Assembly (NCBI RefSeq): GCF_000150275.1
Contig: NW_002060953.1
Location: forward strand, 841,693 to 905,692
Reading direction: 5' to 3'
DNA length: 64,000 bases
From: Trichoplax adhaerens
Taxonomy: Eukaryota; Animalia; Placozoa
The notes under the pieces were generated by a model that did no database searches, was not told the origin of the DNA, and saw only the letters and a program-made list of their open reading frames with translations. Of the stretch, positions 41,332-54,163 are shown in pieces (within the stretch, counting starts at the first letter, position 1; the number at the start of each line of letters is the position of its first letter). The translations under genes were made by a program, and so were the position numbers.

Positions 41332-42444
41332 TCATTGACTTGCCAATTTTTGAACTAATTCATCTACATGTATCTTATCGTCGACACTTGCTGCTCGATT
41401 AAGTATGACTTGCAATACACCAGGAATGGGTATTCTGTTATTGCTGTCGATGATATCAAACGTATTATCAATCATAGCTGATAATCCACGAGAAGATTTG
41501 TCGCAATATAGATCATCTAGGGATCGATTATACGTGAATAGAAAAGTGTAAAAGTCCGCCAAGGCATCTGGTTTATTGTCCAATTCACAATATCGTTTTG
41601 GATCTTTAAAGATTTCCTTATATTCATGAACTTGTGGACTAAGCTGCAAGTATGCAGTGTACGGTATATCAAAGCAAGACAGGCCTAAGTTGTCGCATAA
41701 ATTCGTTACAGAAGTATGGACCGATAAATCAAGGCATTCTTTAGGCGTCGGAATTAATGATTTAGTTTTACCTGTAGCATAGTTGAATAACGAAACATTC
41801 GTATTCGGTTTAAGGCGACAGTGTGATAAAACTGCGACACCATCGCTTGATAGTAAATCAGAACAGATTTTATCTAGAAGTTCTTTAAAGCGAGCCTGAT
41901 CATGATGCGATGATATAAAATAATAACCACACTGCAATAGATATACTAACTTAAAGTCTTTTATACAACGATCTCCAGTTTGTGAGCCACGAAGTAATCT
42001 CGTAATATCACATTTCATAACATCCGCATGCAAGACACGATAGTTATTTAACGGAATTATTTTAGCTTGCATGGCCTTGTACAAATTATCTCCAGCTATT
42101 CCATTGGTAGAATTCAGTTTTTCGCAATCTTGTTTATGATCAATACTGTCGTTGTCAGTCAATCCAGTATAATCAGGGTTACTATCGACAGCGATTAAAT
42201 CGATACCGGATTGAAATTGGATATTTCGTAGATATTTTATAATTCTATCCCCAGCTCCACAGCAAATGTCAGCTACACGAATAGGATCGTCCTGATCACA
42301 ATTTACTAATCCTTTCTCTTTTAAACCGTTGATTAAGGCTTGATGTAATAGGGCTTCTGTTTGTGGTTGATTACTTGCATCTTTAAAAGCGCTAAACGCT
42401 TTGCTGTATTCGAATACATGCGTTTTTATTGTTGTCTTTTCCAT
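41332..42444 (-). CDS. Intronless HNMT-like SAM methyltransferase (MT2), recent paralog of MT1
   Basis: 370-aa ORF nearly identical to MT1 in the core and divergent in the first ~30 aa. Confidence 0.85.
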   Translation of the reverse strand: MEKTTIKTHVFEYSKAFSAFKDASNQPQTEALLHQALINGLKEKGLVNCDQDDPIRVADICCGAGDRIIKYLRNIQFQSGIDLIAVDSNPDYTGLTDNDSIDHKQDCEKLNSTNGIAGDNLYKAMQAKIIPLNNYRVLHADVMKCDITRLLRGSQTGDRCIKDFKLVYLLQCGYYFISSHHDQARFKELLDKICSDLLSSDGVAVLSHCRLKPNTNVSLFNYATGKTKSLIPTPKECLDLSVHTSVTNLCDNLGLSCFDIPYTAYLQLSPQVHEYKEIFKDPKRYCELDNKPDALADFYTFLFTYNRSLDDLYCDKSSRGLSAMIDNTFDIIDSNNRIPIPGVLQVILNRAASVDDKIHVDELVQKLASQ

Positions 42445-42499
42445 CCCGTATAAGGTACTTTCTTCTCCAGAATTTTTACTCTTTGTCAGTCAGATGTGG

Positions 42500-43778
42500 G
42501 AAAATTCGAAAACTGGCGTATTCTATTGGATGGACTACTCAATTCAAATTAAATGAATAATATTATTTTACACAGCACTGCTCTCTACCAGTAGTGACGA
42601 ATCTCACGATTGTGGTAGTGGGCGTTTAATTGAAGCAGACTCGCTCGCTAAACAGTAGAGTACTGTACACAATACTGAACGCGAATAACTTCGATGGCAA
42701 GATGGCGTCGAAAATTGAAAGTTGCAATTTGTTACCACTCCGAATCAAAATCGATACTTTGGGCTTGATTTAGCCTCAACACTACACAGCTATTCGAAAA
42801 TGAAAGTTGCAATTTGTTACCACTCCGATTCAAAATCGATACTTTGGGCTTGATTTAGCCTCAACACTACACAGCTATTCGAAAATTGAAAGTTGCAATT
42901 TGTTACCACTCCGATTCAAAATCGATACTTTGGGCTTGATTTAGCCTCAACAGTACACAGCTATTCGAAAATTGAAAGTTGCAATTTGTTACCACTCCGA
43001 TTCAAAATCGATACTTTGGGCTTGATTTAGCCTCAACAGTACACAGCTTATTTTCCTTAGTGCCACCCAAGTTCATCGCGATGTACTGTATACTACTGAG
43101 TCTAGATCGTAACGGTTCGATCCGAACCGAACCGAACCTTCTCAGGTCTAGACTACTGACCACGGCAAATACTGTACAGTAAGTATACTGTACTGTACCA
43201 GTGTGCAGTTCTGGATTTGGGTCTGGATCACACAACGGAAAGAGAGTGCGTAGTTACTCGCAGACGGGAACGTGCTTCCGCTGTAGAAAATGTCTTGCTG
43301 CCATCCACTTAGGCTAAGTCTATGTTCATATTGCTATACGGTATGGGGCCAGAAAGTGAATGAATACCTTTATTGTACTGTACTAATCGATGGTTTGTTG
43401 TTTGCTTGCAGAATGAAAATAAAATAAAGTCTTATTTGCACTAACAGTACTCATTGCAGATGCAATATTGGAGTTGCCCACTATACACGCTTTCTACCCA
43501 ATCGTATTCTTAGCGATCAGGCATGAGTAATTACTATACTGTAGAATTGGCAACTTGAACGAGGGCTATTGCGCACGCTCTTTCCTTCCGTTCCCGATTT
43601 GACTCCATGCTTACTTCGACAAGCTTTCCCATGGACAGTACTCAGTACTGTAAAGTACCGTACTGTACTGTAAACTGTACACTGTACAAGCGGTCCATGC
43701 GATTGCGTCACTCCTTGGCTTGACTTTGAAAATATTGGCAATGGCAAAACAACGCTGGAATTCAATCATTTTGATGTT
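42500..43778. promoter_or_regulatory. Putative divergent promoter region between MT2 (-) and CYP-B (+)
   Basis: Head-to-head start codons ~1.3 kb apart, locally higher GC/CpG, YY1-type CAAGATGGCG at ~42698, and dense TACTGTA/TACAGTA motifs. Confidence 0.4.
42708..43048. repeat. Minisatellite, 86-bp unit, 4 copies
   Basis: TCGAAAA(T)TGAAAGTTGCAATTTGTTACCACTCCG... starts at 42708, 42794, 42879 and 42965. Confidence 0.95.
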
Positions 43779-46700
43779 ATGATGGCGTTTCCTCAAGAGA
43801 TATTAACGTGGATTTCCATTGCCATTGCTATTGGCATTGCTTACGTTGTTAAGCAGATTATTTCCAATTTATTATCACCTTTAAACAAAGTAAGTAGCCT
43901 ACTGTATTTTGAATGATGAGCAGATACAATTGCTTTGCAATAGCACCTCCATGATGAAACAATCGTGATGGATTCAACATTGACGTATAGTGACCACATT
44001 GGAGATATATTGCAGGCTATAGGATCATGATGGATGTCTATCGACATGATCAATAGCTAACCTTATATATGATTCAATCCTTATTAAGCTTGCTATGGTA
44101 TTCTAGAATATTGGTAATGTTGTATTGCTTTAGTAAACTATTCCCTTCTTGTATACGTGCGAAATTGCTACACGATGAAGGATTGCAATGTCCTTCATAA
44201 GTGCTGTGGATCGTCTTGAAGAATTAGCCTTCTTTGACCATACTTTCTATATCATTTATCGTAGATTCCTGGTCCACCAACATGGTCACCTTTGGGACAT
44301 TTACCTAAATTGATAAACGAGCCGCCAGGCGATCCATATATACAGTTCGTAAATAGGCAATAATTGATAGTGTAGAAGTTTCATGCTCGTAGATTAAGTC
44401 TATACTGCCTGTTGAACGTGATGGTACAGTACATACTGTACATGAAAAATCGAATGAATTGATCAAGATCGACGTATAATTAATAAATATGTGTATTATG
44501 TAGCTGTTCCTGACGTTTTTTTTTTTCCATTTTACTTACTTTACAAGCTATATCAAAGCTATTACACCTTCAATTAGTGAAAGTCAACACACTTGAATAC
44601 GTTCATAAAATAAAATTAATATAAACGTATATATACTGTACAGTAATTGCATTCATGACGTAATGGTCACAGTTCCTTACCTGAGCTAAAACGTTCTTAA
44701 ATTGTATTAGATGGAACCAACAATACGGAGGCATCATTCGTTATAGTTTTCCTATGTATAGCCAACGAATCGCGATAATCGATCCCGAGTATACCAAACA
44801 TATTCTTGTTACGCATTGTAGTAAATACCGAAAGCCTACCCAGACCAGAAGGTTAGTTCAAAGAAACAGGCTTGTTACGCTCGTTATACAAAAAGACACA
44901 GCGTAGAAACTAAGATTTGATTCTAAGGCTTCGAATGATTTCATTCTAGTTTATTAATCGGTATCATTGGGGATGGACTCATTTTACTAGAAGGCCAAGA
45001 ACATGCTAGAGCTCGTAAGATTATTAATCCGACGTTTAAATATAGTAAAATTAAAGGTAAGAGGTCACCCAGTATCGTATAATAATTGTTTGTCATGCAT
45101 AGATATATTATTATTTTACATAGTGGTTACTTCGACAGTAGCTTGTAAATTGAATTTTTTTATGCAATGTGTGCTTATAATAATACTTTCACTCACAACA
45201 CAACACACATACATGATACGTGAACTTTACTTGGTATATTTAGGGCTTCGGCCTGGGCTGTGCTATATCACATAGAAATTCTCATACAATAAATAAATAA
45301 ATATTAATTATTATATACTTGTTCCAGTAAATACTCATCTAATTGAACTAATAACTATAATTACTTCTTTTTACAATACTCTACTGATCAATAGTAAAAA
45401 GTGAAAATGTAGCGAAATATCACAAGCAAGGGTTCCACTAGTATAGATAAATGCATAATTGGGAAGGATCACTAGGGTCCTTTCCACTCACTGAGAAATC
45501 CTTACGCTTTAATCTTCTTTTAAATTACTCAATGACTATATATAGTATTAGATCAAATATCATATGAAACATTCTACCACACCCTATCTTATATATAGTT
45601 ACTAACTCATTTCCTATAAAGATCAAACGATTGAAATTATCTTGTTTGTCATACTACTATAGAATTGGTTCCCACTTTTCAAAGCTTTGCCGAAGTTTTA
45701 GTAAATTATTGGCAAAATGAAATTGACGAGCATGGTGGTTCCAAGGCTACATTAGATGTTCACAAAGATTTATCTCGAATCACGCTAGATGCAATATGTA
45801 AATCTGCATTCGACTATGACTGCAATGCTTTAACAGACAAAAATAATGAGGTATCAGTTGCTTTTGCCAAGGTCCTTGGAGGCCTTACTTTAAAGTAAGT
45901 TTTAGATAGGTATATACTACAAAGTTAGTTCATAATATCGGATATTGCTAGGGCAAGGAATTTACTCAGTTTGTCAGTACTGAAAGATATTAGTGTATAG
46001 TGTGCCTTTCATACCTTATAGTGCATTTCGTTCTAATTTTTTCCTATTTATTATTTTAATTAACCTTTATAGCTGGACATACTTTATACCAGGTTTTAAA
46101 TATTTACCTACTCCTAGTAACATTGAAGGAAAGCGTGCCTTGTCTATTTGTCATGGTACTGTCAGGAAAGTAATTGACGAAAAGTTAAAAAAAGAAAATA
46201 TCGGTAAAGGGACAACTTTATTATCTTAATTATATAATTATACGTTACATTAAAGCGTTGAAGATGAAAGAGATGTAAAGTGAAGAATAATTGCCAATTA
46301 TAAGTGCAAAAATGGGTTGAATATTACCGTAGGTGAAGAAAAGTGCTTGTTGGATATTTTATTATCGCTTAGAGATGAAGACAATAATGCTGGCTTTGCG
46401 CGTAATGAATTACAAGATCACGTTATGACATTTATGTCTGCTGGTCACGAAGTTAGTACAAATAAGTGTCATACGATGGCTATTACTTCATAATTTATAT
46501 CATATCAATTGCATTGGTGTACTGTAAATTATGAAGGCAGAACTAACTAATATCCTTCAACGCATTATGCTGTGATCAATTCATTGCATTGTTTAGACTA
46601 TAAGTGTAGCATTGGCTTGGACATTATATGCTTTGGCTACTAACCCTGCAGTTCAAGAGAAAGTTCGCCAAGAAATTTGTAAGGTTATACAACCAGGTGA

Positions 46701-47532
46701 CAACATAACTTGGGATACGTTTGATGACTTGCCTTACCTTGACAACGTTATAAAAGAGTCACTTAGGTAATTAATATATAAGACTACAAATGTACATATT
46801 GCATGATCTATAAATACCTAAAAATTAATAATATGTATACGTAAATTGTTGGAAAGGAGATTATATTCTGAGACTATGGCTTTAAATCTTTATTATCATC
46901 TGTGTTTGATCCATAGGTTATATCCACCAGTACCAATGACTTTTCGACAGGCAATAGCTGACGATAAGATAGGAGAATATTTTATCCCGAAAGGAACTAT
47001 GATTGCAATCATACCACCTTATAGGTAACTTAAAGATATCTTCGGCAGGGCATTATGACATAGTTATTGATTTAGCCTATAAAAGTTTCATAAATCATTT
47101 ATTCTGTTATCGCATTTCTGACTTTTATGTTTTAAAGAAAAATCTACATTGAAGAATTAAATAACTTTACAAATTGACGTTGTAAATATTATTTCAAGTG
47201 GATTTAGCAGTTTTAAGCAGATCAATATTTATTTTCATTTATGATATAGGAATCCAAAGTATTATGATGAACCCTTACAGTTTGAACCAGACAGATGGAA
47301 CAATTCAGCTAAGAATGCCAGTCCTTATGTATATTTACCGTTTCTTAGGGGGCCTCGAATTTGCATTGGCTCAAAATTTGCAACAACGGAAATAAAGTGC
47401 ATCCTGTCTTCACTATTAAAGAATTTCTCTTTTCAACCTTATCCAGACCAACCAGTTGAAAGGAAGTTACAAGTTACAATGAGGCCTCATCCATCCTTGA
47501 AACTTATTGTTTCATCGTTGTTACCTTCATAA
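43779..47532 (+). CDS. Cytochrome P450 (CYP-B), 10 exons
   Basis: Exons 43779-43889, 44265-44344, 44711-44851, 44950-45056, 45663-45894, 46073-46203, 46333-46451, 46597-46766, 46917-47024, 47250-47532. Motifs AGHETI, ESLR, PDRW, FLRGPRICIG; same intron phases as CYP-A. Confidence 0.92.
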
Positions 47533-49422
47533 TGATAAAATATCTACTTAATTGTACCATAATAACTAGCGACAAATCCAGAAATTTAAATTTTAGCTCG
47601 AATTGTTTACGTATAATATATGTACAGTATATTGAAAGTGCATTCAAATTTTCATACAATTTTATTTAAAGTTCGTGCTTATTGCAGCTATGAACTTCGG
47701 CTAATGTAAATCGTTGGCTAACAATACGTAATTCAATCTATGTGGATTTCTGATTATCTATAGAATATTAGATAACTCTTTGGTGTTGTCTGTTTTATAT
47801 GATATTTATAATCCATTGGTTTTACATTTAAAAATCAAATAAAAACAACATAAAACTTCATATGAACTCAGTTAGCGTGATAATAGATGGGTAATGATCG
47901 AACAATATCATGCTTCTTGGTTCCCGTGGTTCATACGGGGAAAAAGTATGTCTGAATTAACTGTTGCTATCTTCTCCTAAATCAACATGAGGCACGAGGG
48001 TATTGTACTTATTTAGTAAATTACACTAGCATTATAGCAATTAGTCGATCTGTATAGCCGTTCTTTCCTGCCGTAAGATGCGATGTACTTGAGCTATAGA
48101 ATGAGAAAGTAGATAAAAAACTACGATCATTTAGCTACAAAACTACAGCAAGTAAGAAGAGACACTTGATTTCTAAATTAATTATAATACCAAATTCCTT
48201 AACATAAAGAATATATAGAAGGTGCCCACAAAAGTTATTTATTTATTGACTAGTATTCATTGCTTGGTGTACGCAACATAAGTAGCAGGATATAGAATAG
48301 GGGTAAGAAATAATCGGCGATGGGTTGCAAAGAATCATAAAATGCAATGCCAAATGCTATTATTCCATCTACTGCTTAGTAGCGCAAGTACTATAATTGT
48401 TGAGGTAACTGTTATCACAGCTATCTTCCTGCTAGCAACCTCTATGTATATCATTTACAGTAAAATTTTCGTATAAATAAAGATTTAATTCAATAAATTT
48501 AGCTCTGGTAGAAACTACGCGCGCATTTGAAGGCTTCTCGTTTAATTGTCCTTACTTGTAAAACAATTTTTGAAAGTTATTCAAATTGCAGCATGTGTTC
48601 AATAATTTGTATTAGTAATTGCTTCTATTAATGATTCCACACTTGAAGATGGACATATGATCGGTTGACTTATCACATTGCAACTGGGCGATCTGAATAA
48701 CTTCATATATAAAAAATTTACGTTTTTTGATTGTGATACAAATTATACTGTTAGCACTTTCGGTTAGATCTTAACGTAATTACATTTAAATATGCAATAT
48801 ACATGTAATTATTGATGAAACAGGAAAAATATACGAACTACCGTTTAAATAGGGAGTTGCATTTAGAAGTCAGAATACAATTGTATCCCTTTTGTATACA
48901 ATAAAAATAATATTTTATGAGCTATAGTCTCTAGATCACTCAGTAACTTGACGTGTAAGGCGGATATGAACTTTAATGAGGACAAGTTACTATAAAGCGA
49001 GCGTAATTTATCTAAATAAGCTAGTGGAACAAGGTACGGAAATTATAATGATAGTAATTCTGGCTTGCATTTATTGTAGTAGGTGAAAATCCGCTAGTTG
49101 CAGTTAATACTGTAAAGCAGCATTACTAGAATTATTTACCGTCGGATATCAGTACGCGTAGTAGATGTCTTAGTAAAACTATTTTATTTATCTATAAACA
49201 AAAATAGACAGCTAATGAGTTCTCAGTAATTAAAATTTTTTAAGGAAATAATTGATACAAGCGAAAGATTTAATATTAAATGTTATTTTAAATGAGGTAT
49301 AGAGTAGAATATGTTTTTGGTCGAAAGCATTAACAGCTTATGGATACACATTCACTAAAACTTTAATTTCCGAATTCGTTAAATAGGTTTTAAGTAAACG
49401 AATAGAAAATAAATAGTTATCA

Positions 49423-52400
49423 TCAAGGTGACACTGGTGAAACGATAAGTTTCAAAGGCGGATATGGCCGCATTGTAATATGCAACTTTCTCTCAATCTG
49501 TTGGTTAGGATAAGGTTGGAAAGAAAAATTACTTAATAATAACGATAAGATACACTTCATTTCCGTTAGTGCAAATTTAGAGCCGATGCAAATTCGCGGC
49601 CCTCTAAGAAATGGCATGTATGCGTATGGACTGGTATTCTTGGCTGAGTTATCCCATCTATCCGGATTAAACTTTAAAGGTTCTTCAAAGTACTTTGAAC
49701 TCCTAAATATAATATTCATGGTAGCAAAGAAATTTTTTAGTAACAGTCATGCTTCCAACATGTAGACAAGTATAGTTTTGACATTTGCCATTATTCAATT
49801 TGTAATATGCACGAAGATATTTATTTCAATATAAGCTTTGAATACAATGATAAAATAAAATTACATGAAGTTCTTTCACGTGTAAGAATAACTTGCTTTA
49901 AGCTCGCTTTACTCTTGCTACGCTTGAGTTACCTATGAGGTGCTAAAATTGCAATTGTAGTTCCTTTGGGGATAAAATATTTTCCTAACTTATCATCTGC
50001 TGTCGCTTCTCGAAAGGTCAGTGGCGCAGGTGGATATAGTCTAAAAATCAAATATAGATGGTTACTTAGAGAGTAAAAAGTACATAGAAGAAATAAGGAA
50101 TTACTCAAAAGACTTTATTGTCAAAATATTAGCAATCAAAGACCGTTCAATAAACAATTTATAGATATTGTTATAGCAGATTAATAACCTAAGGGACTCT
50201 TTAATAACGTTCTCAAGGTATAGCAATTCGTCGAAAGTGCTCCATGTTATATTATCACTTGGTTGTATAACCTTACAAATTTCTTTACGCACTTTCTCTT
50301 GAAGTTCAGGGTTGCTAGCCAATGCATATAATGTCCAAGTTAATGCCACACTTGTAGTCTAGAACAGATATCATATTTATTATATTATAAAACTTTAAGG
50401 AACTCTCGTTAAGTAAAAGACTCCATAGCTCATTTTTTCAATTTAATAACGGCAGTATAATTGTATACTTCATAAATTGTAATCTTACGTTAAGCGACAG
50501 TCCTAACCTCATGACCAGCAGCCATAAAAGTCATAATTTGATCCTGTAATTCTTTACCAGTAAAGCTAGGATTATTTTCTTCATCTTTTAGCGAGAGCAA
50601 AATATCTAGCAAGCATTTTTCTTCATCTACAACAATATTTAACCATTTTTTAATAGTATTTATCTAAAATTATTAAACAATCATTATAATACTAACGTTT
50701 TAATATAACATTCAATTTCAGATTAAAATAATAAAATAGTTTGCATACCAATAGACCCCTTCTCTAATTTTTGGTCAATTACTTTCTTGACAGTACTATG
50801 ACAAATAGATAAAGCACGACTTTTTTCTCTATTGCTAGATGTAGGTAAATATTTAAAGCCTGGTACCAAATATGTCCAACTAAAGAGTTTAAAATTAAAA
50901 ATTGCTAGGTATTTAATGAACTTATTACTAAAATATGTGTAATACACGATACGTAAGGTAAATACAAATGCAAATACATTACGAGACCAACATTTTAGCA
51001 GACAATTTCTTCTTCAATTATTATTATGATATAACTTTCCAAGATACGCTTATCAAATACTTACTTTAAAGTAAGGCCTCCAATAATCTTCCTGAAGGCA
51101 ACCGATACCTGATTGTTCTCATTTGTTAATGAATTACAATCGTAATCAAATGCACATTTGCATATGATATCTAGGGTGATTCGAGCAAAGTCTTGATGTA
51201 CATTCAACGTAGCTTTTTGATCACCGCGCTCGTCGATTTCATTTTGCCAGTAATTTACCAAGAGTTGGGCAAAATTTTGAAATACTGGTGCCATCTCTGG
51301 TGTAACAAACAGAAAATTAGCCGATGCGATCTATTACAGGTAAGGAGATATTACACATGAGATAAGAAGTAGAATAGTATATTTCTATACGTTACTCAAA
51401 TCTAATGTAATATGCAGCTACTGTCCAATTTAAGATTTTGAAATGAATAATATATTTTAGACATCTTTAACTCGCAATGACTAAGAGATAGCATCGAGTT
51501 GGTTTGCTGTTAAGTATCTACCCTAAAATAGATATTTTACCTTTAATTTTATTATATTTAAATGTTGGATTAATGATTTTCCGAACTTTAGCATGCTTTT
51601 GCCCTTCAAGCAAAAGCAATCCTTCACCAATAAGATCTCCTAAGAAACTGAAATGAAATCCTGAGAGTTATCACTATACTATCATGCTATTTTAATTTTG
51701 TATGATAATTTCTAAGCTGAATAAAAGACAAGATGCCGACAACAAGCATACAAAGTTATAACTTACGCCTTGGTGCGTAAAGGTTTACGATATTTAATAC
51801 ACTGCGTCACCAGTACATGCTTGATATACTCTGGATCAGTAATGGCGACCCGTTGGGAATAAATCGGAAAGCAGTAACGAACGATGCCCCCGTGTTGTTC
51901 GCTCCATCTACAAGTAAGATAAAAGAGAAAAGCTAATTTCAGCAAGTATTTAGTACTAGAGAGAAACGAAGCAACTACTTATTCTCATTCACAAATTTAC
52001 GAAATTAGCATAAGACTCTTTGAATGTAGCTTGTATAGTAGACTAAACATTAACTTTACAATCATCTATGATTTTATAGAAGGATTGATAAATATATTTC
52101 TTGACAAAGGGAAATTGATGATGATATTCATAGGATATTATCTCAAGTAAGTAGAATAGATGTTGAGGTCACGTAAAAATACGATGTACACAAACTTGTA
52201 TCTTGTTTTATATTTAGAAACTGTTGAATACTAACTGTAAATAAGGATCGCCAGGTGGTTCTTTCATAATAATGAGTAAATGCCCCAATGGCGACCATGT
52301 TGGTAGTCCAGGAATCTAAAACGATGATTTACGAGTTTATCATATCAACAAACGAGGTAAACGACTATCAATTTTTGACACCATCTATCGTAGATTATTC

Positions 52401-52773
52401 ATTCAAGCCGACTCTAGACTCTTACAAGCAAGATCAACATTGTCCATGTTATGTCATACTTACTGCAAACATGCACAGAATCAAATGGCAAGGCGAGCAA
52501 CGTTAGCGATTAATAAAGTTAGTCATAAGGTATCCAGATCGTGCGATCTCGATGTAAACTATTTGCTACAAAAGTAACACCATGGCAATTTCAAACATAA
52601 CCATGCATCCTTGTCATACTGTATTATCGTCAGGTTAAATCGTTTTTTAACATCCACCTTACCTTATTTAACGGTGAGACTAGCTTGGAAATTAACTGCT
52701 TGATTAAATAAGCAATAGCAATGCCTACGATGATAGAAAGCCACGTCAAGATATCAAGGAGAAAAGAAGCCAT
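49423..52773 (-). CDS. Cytochrome P450 (CYP-C), 10 exons, inverted
   Basis: First exon 52773-52663 (MASFLLDILTWLSII...SPLNK), second exon 52315-52236, last exon 49702-49423. Motifs AGHETTS, ESLR, PDRW, FLRGPRICIG. Confidence 0.92.
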
Positions 52774-52816
52774 TTCATTACTCGTGCAACAAAGAAACAG
52801 GATTTTGTCGTATTTA

Positions 52817-53060
52817 GGATAAACTACCTGATTTAAGGATGAAAATGGTCTACTTAAAGTAGCATAAATTGCTTGATCATTGGATACAAAAGGTGTATTT
52901 AGCGGAAAAGCTGCCTAATTATATGTATTGATGCTAACAGTATACTGTATTCGATGTAAACTGCCTGATTTTAAGAAGCAAATGGTAGATTGAGTATAAA
53001 CTGTTTGATTTGGGGATGTTTATTTAGTGTAAACTGCCTTATTTTAGGATACAAATGGTA
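52817..53060. repeat. Degenerate ~40-bp tandem motif (~6 copies) in the CYP-C / CYP-D divergent intergenic region
   Basis: Recurring TAAACTGCCTGATTTT(A)AGGA..(C)AAATGGTA-like unit. Confidence 0.7.
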
Positions 53061-54163
53061 ATAGTGACCCTCCCCCTAGTACCAAGCGAATTTTCATCGT
53101 CGTTTCTATTCGATTTGTATGAAAAAATTGGACTGACTGCGTACTGTAATTTGCTGTATGTTGCAGTTTGCCGTATTTGATAGTATATCATACTGCACTT
53201 AAAGTCCTCTAAAAAAACTGAATGGGATTCATATTGACCACGGAGATTCTGCTAGATCATTATTCTGGAATCTTTGACCATAGACATGGGGCACTATATC
53301 TAAATTAGCTTGATTGAGATAGCATCGTCTTTGCTCAATATATTGACCTGGCTTTCCGTCATCATCGCTCTTGTTATTGCCTATATAGCCAAGTAATTGA
53401 TCTTCATGATATGGTCGCCATTAAATAAGGTAAAGCTGCATGCATTGGTCAGACTTGCAAATTACGATTTGGCTTATGCTCTATGAATTGGAGCATAACT
53501 GGTTAACAGAAACTAGAGATTAAATGGAAGGATCATTAGAGCAATTCGTCAGTGTCTAACACTGTTTTCCAACTTGAGGAAATTTTCCTTGTTCTTGTAC
53601 TTTCTCACTTGGTGCTACTGATTGCATATTGGAAACATATTTACCTACGTCCCTTGGAAAAAGTATCACGAATAGTTATCATGATGACGAAATTGTTGTC
53701 TAGTTTGTGAGCAGTGTACAATAAATCTACAGCCAACAAGTTTAATTTTCAATTGTTGACTTTCTTCGCTATGACATAGAATTAAAGCTTACAACAGTTT
53801 TATTTAACCATACGTGCAGTATAATTGCTTATAACATAAATAGTACAAGTAGACCATTTCATCATACCAGCCATCATCTGCAACGACTTTATTCAGCACA
53901 GCAGATTCGTCTACATTATGTAGTGTAGGCTTTGAATTATTATAAGACTTTCATTCTACATCACTATTGTAGTTAACTGAAAATCTGAAATCATTCTATC
54001 ATCGTTTATAATTTGAGGTTTTTTAACAAGTTGTAACACTTACATGATAGAAACTGGAATAGAATTCAAAGGATGAAAGATATTTTCTAATAGTAATAAT
54101 TCATCACCATCTCAAATGACTCAATGGTGCCGGTGACCTTTCAGTTTTCTCTTAATAATTCAT

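Larger units (their letters stand above)
40638..42490. repeat. Tandem segmental duplication of ~36553-39499, lacking ~37114-38140
   Basis: Colinear near-identity across the CYP exon fragment, its 3' flank and the whole methyltransferase gene. Confidence 0.92.

Noticed and set aside
38341-42444. Horizontal transfer or bacterial contamination of the intronless methyltransferases
   Set aside because: Composition matches the flanks, the duplicated unit is contiguous with a spliceosomal-intron gene, and the motifs resemble animal HNMT. Lack of introns alone is insufficient; a phylogeny would be needed.
42708-43048. CRISPR-like array
   Set aside because: The units are contiguous and identical along their whole length with no unique spacers. 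The context is eukaryotic and there are no cas genes.
42979-44053. Short ORFs in the ORF track (42979, 43002, 43517, 43611, 43841)
   Set aside because: They derive from the minisatellite, from TACTGTA-rich sequence, or are antisense to CYP-B exon 1; none has protein-like features.
45003-47395. ORF-track entries 45003-45275 and 47198-47395 as separate genes
   Set aside because: They are alternative-frame read-throughs of CYP-B exons and introns.
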